From an uncultured Clostridia bacterium (GTDB taxonomy: Bacteria > Bacillota > Clostridia > TANB77 > CAG-508), in NCBI GenBank assembly GCA_947626735.1, contig CANQTK010000004.1:2422-66421 (forward strand): a stretch of DNA of 64,000 bases, written 5' to 3'. This document shows positions 7,818 through 18,102 of the stretch, piece after piece. The notes beneath the pieces are model-generated. The model searched no databases and was not told the origin of the DNA. It was given only the letters and a program-made list of their open reading frames with translations. Numbering within the stretch: the stretch's first letter is position 1; every line of letters begins with the position of its first letter. Made by a program: the position numbers and the translations under genes.

Positions 7818-10199
7818 TTACTTTTTGCTAATTTCTGCATATTTTTTTAATTTCTCATGTGCTAGGTAATTAATAGAACCAGCAGGGAATCTACCATTGG
7901 CATCTTTCTTACCAGCAGGAACATCCGTCAAAATTTCAATTCCTTCTTCTATAGTAGAAATAGCGTAAATGTGAAATTTTTGTTTCTTTACAGCATCTAC
8001 AATTTCCTCTGATAAACTTAAGTTTTTAATATTTTGTTTTGGAATCATAACACCATGAGAACCATCTAAACCACGCATTTTACATACTTGGAAGAAGCCT
8101 TCAATTTTGTCATTAACGCCACCAATTGGTTGAATTTCTCCTTTTTGATTTACAGAACCAGTAACGGCAATAGATTGATGAATAGGAATGCCAGATAAAC
8201 TAGACAAAATAGCATATAATTCGGTACTAGAAGCACTATCACCATCCACACCATTATATAATTGCTCAAAACAAATGCTAGCAGTTAAGGATAAAGGAAT
8301 ATCTTGTGCAAACATTTCTCCTAAATAACCACTTAAAATAAGAACACCTTTTGAGTGAGAAGAACCAGAAAGTTCCACTTCTCTTTCAATATTTACAACG
8401 CCAGTTTTACCCATATAGGTATTGGCTGTAATTTTTACTGGTTTTCCAAAGGTATAATCGCCAATGGTCATAACCGTAAGCCCATTAATTTGACCAACTT
8501 GTGAGCCAGAAGTATCAATTAATAAAGTATTTTCTTTAATCATTTCCATATATTTGCTATCATACTTTTTAACTCTTTCAATTCTTTCTTTTAAGGCAAG
8601 GTCAATATAGTCTGCAGTAACTAGTTTCTTTTTATCCATTTGTGCCCAAGTTGCAGCTTCACCAACTACTTGTGCAATTTCGGTAAAACGAGTCGATAAC
8701 TTATCTTGTTCGCCGGAAAGTTTCGAAGAATATTCTACAATTTTAGCAACAGCTCCCTTATCTAAATGAGGAAGTTCTTCTTGCTCACAGAAGCCATGTA
8801 CAAATCTAGCAAGTTTATCCATATTTTCTTGGGTAATTGGAGCATCTTCTGCAAATTCTACTTTTACTTTAAATAATTTTCTAAAATCACTATCCATAGC
8901 AAGTAAAGATTGATAAATCGTATCATTTCCAACCATAATTACTTTAACATCCAAAGGAATTGGTTCAGGTTTTAAAGAAATCATTACCATAGCAGAACGT
9001 TGGTCTGCTGTATTTTCAATGGAAAGTTCTTTAATACGAAGTGCTTTTTTTAAAGCTTCGTAACAAATTCCATTGGCAAGTAAATCTTTGGCTTGAAAAA
9101 TGATATAACCACCATTTGCCTTTTGAAGTAAACCTGGTTTTAACATAGTATAGTCTGTTTTTAAAGAACCGTAATAATTTTCATATTCTAATTTTCCAAA
9201 AATATTGTGGTAAGAGTAGTTAGAGTCCATAATAACAGGAGCTCCTTCTAACGTACTGTTATCTACAAACAAGTTCACGCGGTAATTAAGCCAAGGTTTT
9301 GGCATTTCTTGTTTTGGACCATTACTGATAGGTTGTTTTTCTTCCTCTTTTGCGGTAAAAATAGAAATATTTTTTAAAATATCTTGTTTGACATCATTTA
9401 AAAATTGATTTACTTTTTTATTTCTTTTATATTTATTCTTAATATAGTTAATATGAGAATTCACAGTAAGAAGAGCAATATTGGATTGCCATTCTTCTAA
9501 ACGCTTGTCAGAGGCACGTTCCATTTCTTTAATTTGCCCAATTACTTGCATAATTTGTTCTTGTACAATAGAAGATTTTTCTTCAAACTGTTTCTTTACT
9601 TCTTCATCTAACTTATCAAATTCTTCTTCTTCAATGGTTTTGCCATCTATTATTGGCATCATATAAATTCCATTTTGCGCAGATTTTACTTGAAAACCAT
9701 GCTTTTCGGATTCTTGATTTAATTTGTCTAGTAAGGAAGCTCTTTTTTCTTCAAAGTCTTGTCTAATTAAGGTTTTTTCTTTTTCAAAGTCATCATTATT
9801 AAAGGTACTTTTAATATCAGAACGAATGTCTTTGATAAAAGTATCCATCGTTTCTTGAAATTCTTTTCCTTGACCCGCAGGGAAGGAAACGGCAACTGGC
9901 TCATTTGGATTTGTAAAATTATAGATATAGCACCAGTCATTAGGTACTTTTTTCTTTTTTGAAATTTTATCTAAATAGTTCTTAGCATACATGGTTTTTC
10001 CAACACCACTAGGACCTTCTAAGTATAAATTATAACCCTTAATATCAACATTAACGCCAAATTCTAATGCTTTAATGCCACGCTCTTGTCCAATACCAGT
10101 CGTAATACCTTCTAATTCAGAAGTATCGGTAAAGGTAAAGTTTTCTGGGTTACAAGTTACTTTCAATTCTTGATAAGATAGTTCATTTTTCTTTTTCAT
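7818..10199 (-). CDS. Lon-like ATP-dependent protease (AAA+ with C-terminal S16 Lon protease domain)
   Basis: Walker A GPSGVGKT. C-terminal Lon protease region HSKGVLILSGYLG ... GVDGDSASSTELYAILSSLSG ... TGSVNQKGEIQPIGGVNDKIEGFF. RBS aaggag lies before the ATG at 10199 (MKKKNELSYQ), so the listed start at 10220 is an over-extension. Confidence 0.8.
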   Translation of the reverse strand: MKKKNELSYQELKVTCNPENFTFTDTSELEGITTGIGQERGIKALEFGVNVDIKGYNLYLEGPSGVGKTMYAKNYLDKISKKKKVPNDWCYIYNFTNPNEPVAVSFPAGQGKEFQETMDTFIKDIRSDIKSTFNNDDFEKEKTLIRQDFEEKRASLLDKLNQESEKHGFQVKSAQNGIYMMPIIDGKTIEEEEFDKLDEEVKKQFEEKSSIVQEQIMQVIGQIKEMERASDKRLEEWQSNIALLTVNSHINYIKNKYKRNKKVNQFLNDVKQDILKNISIFTAKEEEKQPISNGPKQEMPKPWLNYRVNLFVDNSTLEGAPVIMDSNYSYHNIFGKLEYENYYGSLKTDYTMLKPGLLQKANGGYIIFQAKDLLANGICYEALKKALRIKELSIENTADQRSAMVMISLKPEPIPLDVKVIMVGNDTIYQSLLAMDSDFRKLFKVKVEFAEDAPITQENMDKLARFVHGFCEQEELPHLDKGAVAKIVEYSSKLSGEQDKLSTRFTEIAQVVGEAATWAQMDKKKLVTADYIDLALKERIERVKKYDSKYMEMIKENTLLIDTSGSQVGQINGLTVMTIGDYTFGKPVKITANTYMGKTGVVNIEREVELSGSSHSKGVLILSGYLGEMFAQDIPLSLTASICFEQLYNGVDGDSASSTELYAILSSLSGIPIHQSIAVTGSVNQKGEIQPIGGVNDKIEGFFQVCKMRGLDGSHGVMIPKQNIKNLSLSEEIVDAVKKQKFHIYAISTIEEGIEILTDVPAGKKDANGRFPAGSINYLAHEKLKKYAEISKK

Positions 10200-10247
10200 T
10201 TGTATTTCTCCTTTTATCATAAATAGGGGACAGTAAGTTAAAATTGT

Positions 10248-10700
10248 TTAAGCATCTAACTTACATGTCATTAAAATAGCCGTATCGCCATTTTTATAGT
10301 AATTTTTTCGTTTGCCGACTTCCTCAAAACCAAATTGCTTATATAAGTGAAGAGCGGGAAGATTGTTTTCTCGTACTTCTAAAGTCATAGAAGAGCAATT
10401 TTCTTCATTTGCAATGGTTAAAAGTTCATTTAAAACAAACTTGGCAAAGCCTTGGTGCCTTTTATTTTTTTTTGTAACAATATCCATTAAAGTTGCTTCA
10501 TCTAAAATAATTTTAATGCCTCCAAAACAAACAATTTCATTTTCGTAGCGCAATACCAAATATCTAGAATTAGTATTGCCAAGTTCTTCCTTAAATATTT
10601 CAAAATTCCATAAATCATCAAAATCAGTTTGTAAAATATCTTTTATTTCTTCTAAATCAGCAAGTTTCATAGTGTACATTACCATTTTTGTTAAATCCAT
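10248..10700 (-). CDS. rimI: ribosomal-protein-alanine N-acetyltransferase (GNAT)
   Basis: GNAT motif KRHQGFAKFVL. Position directly after tsaB matches the conserved tsaE-tsaB-rimI arrangement. Confidence 0.75.
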   Translation of the reverse strand: MDLTKMVMYTMKLADLEEIKDILQTDFDDLWNFEIFKEELGNTNSRYLVLRYENEIVCFGGIKIILDEATLMDIVTKKNKRHQGFAKFVLNELLTIANEENCSSMTLEVRENNLPALHLYKQFGFEEVGKRKNYYKNGDTAILMTCKLDA

Positions 10701-10749
10701 TTTTTATCCCATTCCTTTGAAAAGTAATCTAATTTATCGTCTATGAATT

Positions 10750-11464
10750 CTACTTTTCACCATCTAATGCACGTTCTGCTTGTGATTTTCTTAAATAAAG
10801 GGGAGTCATATAGTTGGAATCTCCGCACATTTTCTTGTAAACAATGATAATAACCTGCTTTTCCAACACTACTTGCACTTTGCTTATGACATTTATCTTC
10901 TACGAAAGTACATTTTGAAAAATATTGTTGTAAAAGATATTGATGTTTTTCACTTCCATCTCCAACAAATAAAATAGGGGAAGAGTAATATTTTTTGAAA
11001 GTCTGTATCATTTCCTCAATATTTTTAGCACCTAATTCTTCTACTAATGTAAAAGTATCATTATTTCTTTCAAATAGGCCATAATACACATTATCATTTT
11101 TGGCATCAATCATGCTTAATACTAAATTTGCATCTTCTTTGTAATTGGAATCTAAAGTGTTGTAAGCTAAACTTTCTAAAGAACTAACAGAAGCTGCTTT
11201 AATACTAGTAACATCACAGAAGGCTTTTATAGTAGAAACACCAATACGAACGCCAGTAAAAGAACCCGGACCAACACAGCAGGCAAATAAATCAAAATCA
11301 GCTAAGGTAAGTTTGCATGATTTTAAGATGTTATCTATTAAAGGCATTAGTTTTTGCGAATGCGTGGTTTCATTTTCAATATGTTTTTCTATAATTACTT
11401 GGTTATCTTCTAAAATAGCAACAGAACATATTTTAGAAGAAGTATCGATTGCTAAAATTTTCAC
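10750..11464 (-). CDS. tsaB: tRNA t6A37 threonylcarbamoyl transfer protein TsaB, with a 3'-proximal frame break
   Basis: MKILAIDTSS ... CCVGPGSFTGVRIGVSTIKA. The listed frame ends at 10757 with a non-canonical tail. The canonical tail GDSNYMTPLYLRKSQAERALDGEK* is in the +1 frame (stop at 10750..10752) after an extra C at genomic 10825. Confidence 0.85.
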
Positions 11465-11645
11465 TTTTTTCTTTCCTTCTTTTTTAATTATAAGAAAGTT
11501 ATCTATCTAAGATGACAGACTTATTTTAAATTTCTTATTTTTCAACTTTATTCTATATGAAATGACACTATTTGTAAATGATTTTAGGTAAAATAATGTT
11601 TACAATTCTGTGACAAAAATATGACAAAAATATGATAATAGACCA

Positions 11646-11695
11646 ATATAAAAAACACATCCAATATGAAATATTTTATTTCACATTAGATGTGT
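11646..11695 (-). terminator. intrinsic terminator after tsaE
   Basis: 19-bp stem (11655..11673 / 11677..11695). Its two imperfect positions are G-U wobbles on the minus-strand RNA but C-A mismatches on the plus strand. A U-run follows on the minus strand. Confidence 0.75.
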
Positions 11696-11704
11696 ACTAA
11701 AAAA

Positions 11705-12121
11705 CTACATTTTTTTTATTTTTAATTTTCTTTTATTATCATCCAACTTGCTAAAAGTAATTTTCGTATATCCTTTTGGCAAAATTTCTTCAATTTGCTC
11801 GCCCCATTCAATAATGCAAATGCCTTTTTCAAAATATTCTTCTCCACCCATAGCATAGAATTCATCAATATCTTCTAAACGATAAACGTCAAAATGAAAG
11901 ATAGAAATATTTTCTTTATGATGTTCATTTACAATGGTAAAAGTAGGACTAGAAATTTCATTTTCTAACCCAAAGTAAGACAAAATGCCTTGTGTAAATT
12001 TGGTTTTACCACAGCCAAGTTCGCCTGTTAAAACGACAATATCACCTTTTTTTAGGTGTTTTGCAAAGTCTTTAGCAAAGTTAATTGTATCTTGTTCTGA
12101 ATTTGAAATAAATGTATCCAT
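11705..12121 (-). CDS. tsaE: tRNA t6A37 ATPase TsaE
   Basis: P-loop GELGCGKT and SPTFTIVNEH, at the typical size of 138 aa. Confidence 0.85.
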   Translation of the reverse strand: MDTFISNSEQDTINFAKDFAKHLKKGDIVVLTGELGCGKTKFTQGILSYFGLENEISSPTFTIVNEHHKENISIFHFDVYRLEDIDEFYAMGGEEYFEKGICIIEWGEQIEEILPKGYTKITFSKLDDNKRKLKIKKM

Positions 12122-12260
12122 ATAAACTCCTCATATTTTTTCTATATTTTATAGTAATATGAAATAAATGTAAATATTTTATAGAAAATATTGATATTTT
12201 AATAGAAATAACATATAATAAAAGTAAGGAAAGTAAGAAAAAAAGAAAAGAGGTGAAAAA

Positions 12261-12521
12261 ATGGAACTTGCAAAGGTTACTTCAAAAGGTCAAATTACAA
12301 TTCCAAAAGAAATAAGAGAGATTTTAAAAATTAAAGAGGGAAGTAAAATTTTATTTTTTAGAAAAGGCGATGAAATTGTAATAAAAAATGCAGCAATGAT
12401 TGCATTAGAAAAAATACAAGAAGAATTTGATGGAGAAGCAGAAAGATTAGGCTTAAAAACAGAAGAAGATGTAGTAAAATTGATAAAAGAATATAGAAAA
12501 GAAAGGAAAAAAGAGATATGA
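12261..12521 (+). CDS. AbrB/MazE/SpoVT-family antitoxin
   Basis: VTSKGQITIPKEIREILKIKEGSKILF is the SpoVT-AbrB swapped-hairpin motif. There is a 4-nt ATGA overlap with the downstream PIN gene. Confidence 0.75.
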   Translation: MELAKVTSKGQITIPKEIREILKIKEGSKILFFRKGDEIVIKNAAMIALEKIQEEFDGEAERLGLKTEEDVVKLIKEYRKERKKEI

Positions 12522-12928
12522 GAATAATGTTAGATACAAATATTCTTATATCAGCATTTATTTTTAAAAGTAAAAAAATGAATGAACTAATAAAAGTACT
12601 ATCAAATGAACACAAAATTATTATTGCTTCTTATTGTATTGATGAAATGAGAGATTTGATAAAAAGAAAATTTAAAGTAAGTATAAATGTATTAGAAAAA
12701 TTTTTAGAAACTTTCCCATTTGAATTAGTGTACTCTCCAATAGAAGTAAAAAAGAAAGAATTTGAAATAAGAGATGAAGAAGATTATATTATACTATATA
12801 CTGCAATTATTGAAAATGTTGATATTTTAATTACAGGAGATAAAGATTTTAAAGAAGTAGAAATAGAAAGACCCGAAATTTTAACTGCTACAGAATTTTT
12901 TGAAAAATATGTAACAATAAAAAGCTAA
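12518..12928 (+). CDS. PIN-domain toxin (VapC-like)
   Basis: MLDTNILISA (first acidic residue), later acidic residues in ITGDKDF, and a size of 136 aa. Translationally coupled to the antitoxin. Confidence 0.75.
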   Translation: MRIMLDTNILISAFIFKSKKMNELIKVLSNEHKIIIASYCIDEMRDLIKRKFKVSINVLEKFLETFPFELVYSPIEVKKKEFEIRDEEDYIILYTAIIENVDILITGDKDFKEVEIERPEILTATEFFEKYVTIKS

Positions 12929-13029
12929 CAAAATTAGCTTTTTATTATTGACAAATTAAAAACAAATGTTTTATAATAAAATACAGAAATAAGGCGATAA
13001 AAAATAATCTTGTGCCTTAGGGAGAAAAA

Positions 13030-14253
13030 ATGAAAAGAGAAATTTTACATGTAGATGTAAATAATGCGTTTTTATCTTGGAGCGCAGTAGAACGTTTAAA
13101 ACAAGGAGAAACAGTTGATATTAGGCAAATTCCTGCTATTATTGGTGGAGATGAAGAGCAAAGAAAAGGAGTCGTTCTTGCAAAAAGTAATATTGCCAAA
13201 CAATTTGGTATTGTAACAGGGGAACCTATCTTTTTTGCACGCAAGAAATGTCCAAAATTACAAGTATTTCAAGGAGATTTTAAAGTTTATTATCACTATT
13301 CAAATGCACTTTACCATTTGCTGTTAGAATATACCGATAAAATAGAACGTTTTTCCATAGATGAGTGTTTTTTAGACATGACAGGTTACGTACCAAAAGG
13401 AAAAACTATTATGGATATTGCTTTAGAAATCAATAAAAGAGTAAAAGAAGAATTTGGTTTTACGGTTAATATTGGAATTTCAGAAAATAAACTTCTTGCG
13501 AAAATGGCATCCGATTTTGAAAAGCCAGACAAAATTCATACTTTGTGGAAAGAAGAAATTCCAAGCAAAATGTGGAAACTTCCAGTTTCTGAACTTTTTA
13601 TGGTAGGAAAAAGAAGTCTTCCTAAATTGCAAAAAATGGGAATAAAAACAATAGGTGATTTAGCACAAAAAGAGGAGAAAGAGTTAACTCATACTTTTGG
13701 AAAATATGGCAAAATGATATGGGAATACAGCAATGGAATAGATGATTCACAGGTACATTATGAAGAAGAAAAACCAAAAGGAATTGGAAATTCCATTACA
13801 CTTCCTTATGATTATACCAGTATAGAAAAGTTAGAAGAGGTGCTACTTGCCTTAGTAGAACAAGTAACCTACCGTTTAAGAAAAGAAGGACTTTTAGCAA
13901 ATGTCGTCAATGTGCAAATCAAAACCAATGAATTTAAAGTTTTTTCTCATCAAAGAAAATTAGATTTTCCAACGGACAGTACAAAAATAGTGCAAGATAT
14001 GGCAAAAAGGTTACTTTCTGAAATTTACAAAGGCATGCCAATTCGCTTGCTTGGCGTTCGTGTAGATCAATTAGTAGAAAAAGAGCAAAGGCAAATCTCT
14101 TTATTTGAAAATACAGATAATGAAAAGCAAAAAAAGATAGATTCCACTTTAGATAAAATTAAAGAAAAGTATGGATATGAATCAATTACAAGAGCAGGAA
14201 AAATGCAATTAGATAAAAATATAAAATTGAAAGAACTAGGAAGAAAAGAGTAG
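13030..14253 (+). CDS. dinB: Y-family DNA polymerase (DinB/Pol IV-like)
   Basis: ILHVDVNNAFLSWSAVE, SIDECFLDMT and NIGISENKLLAKMASD are Y-family palm/finger motifs. Confidence 0.85.
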   Translation: MKREILHVDVNNAFLSWSAVERLKQGETVDIRQIPAIIGGDEEQRKGVVLAKSNIAKQFGIVTGEPIFFARKKCPKLQVFQGDFKVYYHYSNALYHLLLEYTDKIERFSIDECFLDMTGYVPKGKTIMDIALEINKRVKEEFGFTVNIGISENKLLAKMASDFEKPDKIHTLWKEEIPSKMWKLPVSELFMVGKRSLPKLQKMGIKTIGDLAQKEEKELTHTFGKYGKMIWEYSNGIDDSQVHYEEEKPKGIGNSITLPYDYTSIEKLEEVLLALVEQVTYRLRKEGLLANVVNVQIKTNEFKVFSHQRKLDFPTDSTKIVQDMAKRLLSEIYKGMPIRLLGVRVDQLVEKEQRQISLFENTDNEKQKKIDSTLDKIKEKYGYESITRAGKMQLDKNIKLKELGRKE

Positions 14254-14324
14254 AAAAAGGTCGAATAAGTGCATATACTATACTAATAGCAGTGGTATTT
14301 TCATGCTATTAGGAGGTGAAAATT

Positions 14325-14552
14325 ATGTTTGACGAAAAAGATTGCTGTAAAAAGAAAAGTAAATGTTGTGTTGACGTTGTAATATTCATCTTATCAATTT
14401 TATTAAGCTTTGTCGTTGGAGTTCTTATTGGAGCTGTAACTGGATTATTTGCTGCTTTAGGTTTAGGTGCATTTGTTGCTTTAATTGTAATACTTGTGGT
14501 ATTAATCGTTATTAGAATTGTGATGTTAGCTTGTTGCAAATCAAAATGCTAA
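14325..14552 (+). CDS. small cysteine-rich membrane protein (75 aa)
   Basis: RBS aggagg 8 nt before the ATG at 14325. MFDEKDCCKKKSKCC - two hydrophobic helices - ACCKSKC. The listed start at 14316 overlaps the RBS. Confidence 0.55.
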   Translation: MFDEKDCCKKKSKCCVDVVIFILSILLSFVVGVLIGAVTGLFAALGLGAFVALIVILVVLIVIRIVMLACCKSKC

Positions 14553-14557
14553 ACAGT

Positions 14558-14593
14558 GTAATCTTGGAAGAAGATTTCTTCTTCCAAGATTAC
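14558..14593 (+). terminator. perfect 16-bp hairpin after the small Cys-rich ORF (weak U-tract)
   Basis: gtaatcttggaagaag - attt - cttcttccaagattac. No clear T-run follows, so terminator function is tentative. Confidence 0.4.
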
Positions 14594-14656
14594 ATACATT
14601 GAATATGAAACATATAGAATAATAAATTTGAAATAGGACAAGTTTACCAAAAACTA

Positions 14657-14685
14657 TTGTAAAAAAAAACTTTTTTCTATATAAT
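14657..14685 (+). promoter_or_regulatory. sigma-A-like promoter for folD
   Basis: TTGTAA, 17-nt spacer, TATAAT, about 28 nt before the ATG at 14713. Confidence 0.5.
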
Positions 14686-14712
14686 AAATAAAAAATAAAA
14701 GGAGCAAAAAAT

Positions 14713-15564
14713 ATGGCAACAATTATGGATGGAAAAGCACTTGCTAAAAAAGTAAGAGAGCAAGTAAAAGAAGAAGTAGAAGTATTAAAACAAAAGAATA
14801 TATTTCCCAAATTAGCGGTAATTATGGTAGGCGAAGATCCAGCTTCCAAAGTCTATGTTAGAAATAAAAGCAAAGCATGTAATGAAGCAGGAATTGCTTA
14901 TGAAGAATTTTTACTAGATGAAAATACGACAATGGAAGAACTTTTAAAAGTAATACAAGAATTAAATGAAAGAAAAGATATTCATGGTATTTTACTACAA
15001 AGTCCGATTCCAAAACCACTAGATATCTATACGGCTTTTGAAACCATTGATTATCGAAAAGATGTGGATGGTTTTCATCCAATCAATATTGGTAGATTAA
15101 CCTTAAAGAGACAAACCTTTATTTCGTGTACACCACATGGGGTTATGAGATTATTAAAAGAATATCATATTAATTTGCAGGGGGCAAATGTAGTGATATT
15201 AGGAAGAAGCAACATTGTAGGAAAACCACTAGCACAATGCTTACTGAATGAAGATGCAACGGTTACCATTTGCCATTCCAAAACAAAAAATGTAGGGAAA
15301 ATTACGAAAAATGCAGATATTGTCATTTCTGCTATTGGAAAACCAAGATTTGTAACCAAAGATATGATAAAAGAAAATGCAGTGGTGATTGATGTTGGAA
15401 TCAACAGATTAGAGACTGGTTTAGTAGGAGATGTTGATTTTGAAGAAGTTTCTAAAAAAGCATCTTATATTACACCGGTACCAGGGGGAGTTGGTCCAAT
15501 GACAATTGCTATGCTATTGCACAACGTAGTGATTGCAGCAAAATATTTAGAAGAGAATAAATAA
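14713..15564 (+). CDS. folD: bifunctional methylenetetrahydrofolate dehydrogenase/cyclohydrolase
   Basis: IMDGKALAKKVREQVKEEV, VGEDPASKVYVRNKSKAC, GRSNIVGKP and PVPGGVGPMTIAML. Confidence 0.9.
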   Translation: MATIMDGKALAKKVREQVKEEVEVLKQKNIFPKLAVIMVGEDPASKVYVRNKSKACNEAGIAYEEFLLDENTTMEELLKVIQELNERKDIHGILLQSPIPKPLDIYTAFETIDYRKDVDGFHPINIGRLTLKRQTFISCTPHGVMRLLKEYHINLQGANVVILGRSNIVGKPLAQCLLNEDATVTICHSKTKNVGKITKNADIVISAIGKPRFVTKDMIKENAVVIDVGINRLETGLVGDVDFEEVSKKASYITPVPGGVGPMTIAMLLHNVVIAAKYLEENK

Positions 15565-15689
15565 GAAAAAAGGGCTTAATTGTTAAAATTAGGCTCTTTT
15601 TCTATTTTAGGAACGGCTAAAAAATAGAAAAGACGGAAGATAATTTTTTAGAAAATTTTATACTTAAAAATGGTAAGAATGGAGGAAAA

Positions 15690-16562
15690 ATGGAAGAGTT
15701 AAAATATTGGATATGGCTATCGAAAATACCAGAATTGGGAAGTATCAAAATCCAAAGGCTATTAGCCATTTATCACCATCCAAAAGAAATTTGGAATAGT
15801 AAAAAAGAAGAACTAAAACAGGTAGAAGGCATAGGAGAAAAATTAGCAGAAGAAATTTTAAAACAAGAATATAGAGAAAACTTAGATATATTGCAAAATA
15901 AAATGAAAGAAGAAAAAATAGAACTAATTACTTTACAAGACGAGGCATATCCTGAAAATTTAAAGCATCTGTATGACAAACCAATTAGTTTGTATGTGCA
16001 AGGCGATAAATCTATTTTAAATGAATTTTCATTAGCTATGATTGGTTGTAGAGAAAATTCTACTTATGGAAGAAAAGTAGCAACAGCAATCGGGAAAGGA
16101 TTAGCAAAAAGAAATATTATAACCATTAGTGGTTTGGCACGAGGTATTGATAGTATTTCTCATAGAGCAACCATAGAAGAAAATGGAAAAACAATTGCCG
16201 TCATAGGAAGCGGAATTGATTGCATTTATCCTGAAGAAAATACAAAGTTAGCACAAGAAATTGTAGAAAAAGGTGGCGCAATTGTAAGTGAATATCCACC
16301 AGAAACGAAAGCAGAGAGAATGAACTTTCCTGCTAGAAACCGCATTATCAGTGCGTTATCTTCTGGCGTTATTGTAATAGAGGCAAAAAAGAAAAGTGGT
16401 ACCATGTCAACCGTAGATTTTGCTTTGGAACAAGGAAAAATGGTATTTGCCATTCCTGGAAATATTACAAATCCAAATGCAGAAGGAACAAATGAACTTA
16501 TAAAGCAAGGTGCCAAATGTGTTACCTGTATGCAAGACATTATGGAAGAATATTATTTTTAA
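15690..16562 (+). CDS. dprA: DNA processing protein DprA (Smf)
   Basis: SGLARGIDSISHRATIEENGKTIAVIGSGIDCIYPEEN and NFPARNRIISALS are the Rossmann-like DprA core. Confidence 0.85.
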   Translation: MEELKYWIWLSKIPELGSIKIQRLLAIYHHPKEIWNSKKEELKQVEGIGEKLAEEILKQEYRENLDILQNKMKEEKIELITLQDEAYPENLKHLYDKPISLYVQGDKSILNEFSLAMIGCRENSTYGRKVATAIGKGLAKRNIITISGLARGIDSISHRATIEENGKTIAVIGSGIDCIYPEENTKLAQEIVEKGGAIVSEYPPETKAERMNFPARNRIISALSSGVIVIEAKKKSGTMSTVDFALEQGKMVFAIPGNITNPNAEGTNELIKQGAKCVTCMQDIMEEYYF

Positions 16563-16580
16563 AGAATATCATGCAACAGG

Positions 16581-16609
16581 TTGCACAAAAAAATTAGGTT
16601 TGTTATAAT
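16581..16609 (+). promoter_or_regulatory. sigma-A-like promoter for the MFS gene
   Basis: TTGCAC, 17-nt spacer (ending in TGT), TATAAT. Confidence 0.5.
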
Positions 16610-16638
16610 GCAAATAGAAATTAGATAGGAGAAAACAA

Positions 16639-17940
16639 ATGCAAACAGAAGGTACCATAGAGGAAGTAAAAGAAATTTCAAAAGAAGAAAAAGAATTAAA
16701 TAGGAAAAAAACAAACAATATTAAATTATATCCAATTTATAAAATACTTTCATGGGATTTACTATTTTATTATGCCATTATTTATTTGTTTCTAACGTTA
16801 GAAAAAGGATGTAGCCCTGCGCAAGTATTACAATTTGATGCTTTTTATATTTTGTTTAAATTTATTATGCAAATACCAGCTACTTTGCTGATTCAAAAAC
16901 TAGGAAAAAGAAAAAGTTTAGTCATTGCTAATCTTATTTTAGTAATCCATATTTTAATTATTATGTTTGCTGTTAATTTTGAAATGTTATTGTTTTCACA
17001 AATACTAGGTGCATTTTCTTATATTATTAAAGGTACCTGTGAAACAGATATGCTATATGATTCTTTAGAACATGGAGAAAAACGAGGCATCCTTTTTTCT
17101 AAAATTGATGGAAAAGCTACTTCACGATATTACTATATGGATGCTATTTCAGCTATATTAGCTGGATTTCTATTTGTAGTAAACCATTATATTCCTATGG
17201 TATTATGTTTTATTATTTTATTAATAGCATTATTATTGTCAATCAAATTCGAAGAAATTCATACCCCGAAAGGAAAAATGCAAATTAAAGAAGAATTTAA
17301 CAATATTAAATATGGCTTTAAAAATGTTCTACAATCCAAGCGCTTAAAAAATTTGCTTATTTTTAACGCTATTTTTATAGGCATGATTAAAATTTTACAA
17401 AACATAAGAAACACGATTTTGCTTGAAGTAGGTGTGCCAGAGCAATATTTTGGTATCATCATTGCTGCTTTTGGTATTGTGTTAGGAATTGCTGCTAAAA
17501 ATCAAGGAAAAATTCATAAACGATATCGTAATAAAACACTTAGTGTAATATCTTTGCCATTTGTCATTTCTTTTCTTATGATAGGAACGATATTGCTATG
17601 TCATTTTAGCAAGCCAGTTACAATTATTCTTATTTTAATTTTCTTAACAATTCAACATACAGTAAGAGGTCCATATTATGTGTTAATAAAACAATATATG
17701 AATAATTTTACCAATAGTGAAAAAAGAATTAAAATTGCAACAGTTAACAATCTATTTGAAAATGCTATTGCCTCTAGCTTAGTATTTGCTGCATCTTATA
17801 TGGTAGATATGATTCCAATTGCTTATACTATGATAATAATAGGTTGCATTTCTACTGTTTGCTTTGTTTTATTATTAGACCATATGAGGGGAACTGTAGG
17901 TTTAAAACCAGAACAATATAGCAAAAAAGAAATTTTATAA
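16639..17940 (+). CDS. MFS-type transporter (about 12 TM)
   Basis: 433 aa polytopic protein with the MFS-like loop QKLGKRKSL after TM2. Substrate unknown. Confidence 0.65.
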   Translation: MQTEGTIEEVKEISKEEKELNRKKTNNIKLYPIYKILSWDLLFYYAIIYLFLTLEKGCSPAQVLQFDAFYILFKFIMQIPATLLIQKLGKRKSLVIANLILVIHILIIMFAVNFEMLLFSQILGAFSYIIKGTCETDMLYDSLEHGEKRGILFSKIDGKATSRYYYMDAISAILAGFLFVVNHYIPMVLCFIILLIALLLSIKFEEIHTPKGKMQIKEEFNNIKYGFKNVLQSKRLKNLLIFNAIFIGMIKILQNIRNTILLEVGVPEQYFGIIIAAFGIVLGIAAKNQGKIHKRYRNKTLSVISLPFVISFLMIGTILLCHFSKPVTIILILIFLTIQHTVRGPYYVLIKQYMNNFTNSEKRIKIATVNNLFENAIASSLVFAASYMVDMIPIAYTMIIIGCISTVCFVLLLDHMRGTVGLKPEQYSKKEIL

Positions 17941-18102
17941 AAATCGTAAAAAATTACTAGAAAAGTAGAAAAAAGGTTTGACAAAAAAAGAAAGTTGCTA
18001 GATAATAAAGCTAGCAAAAGAAGAAAAATTGAAAAAAGTAAAAGAATAGTCATTTTGCTGATTAGAATGTATTTTTTAGAGTTACAAAGGAGGAAAATAA
18101 AC

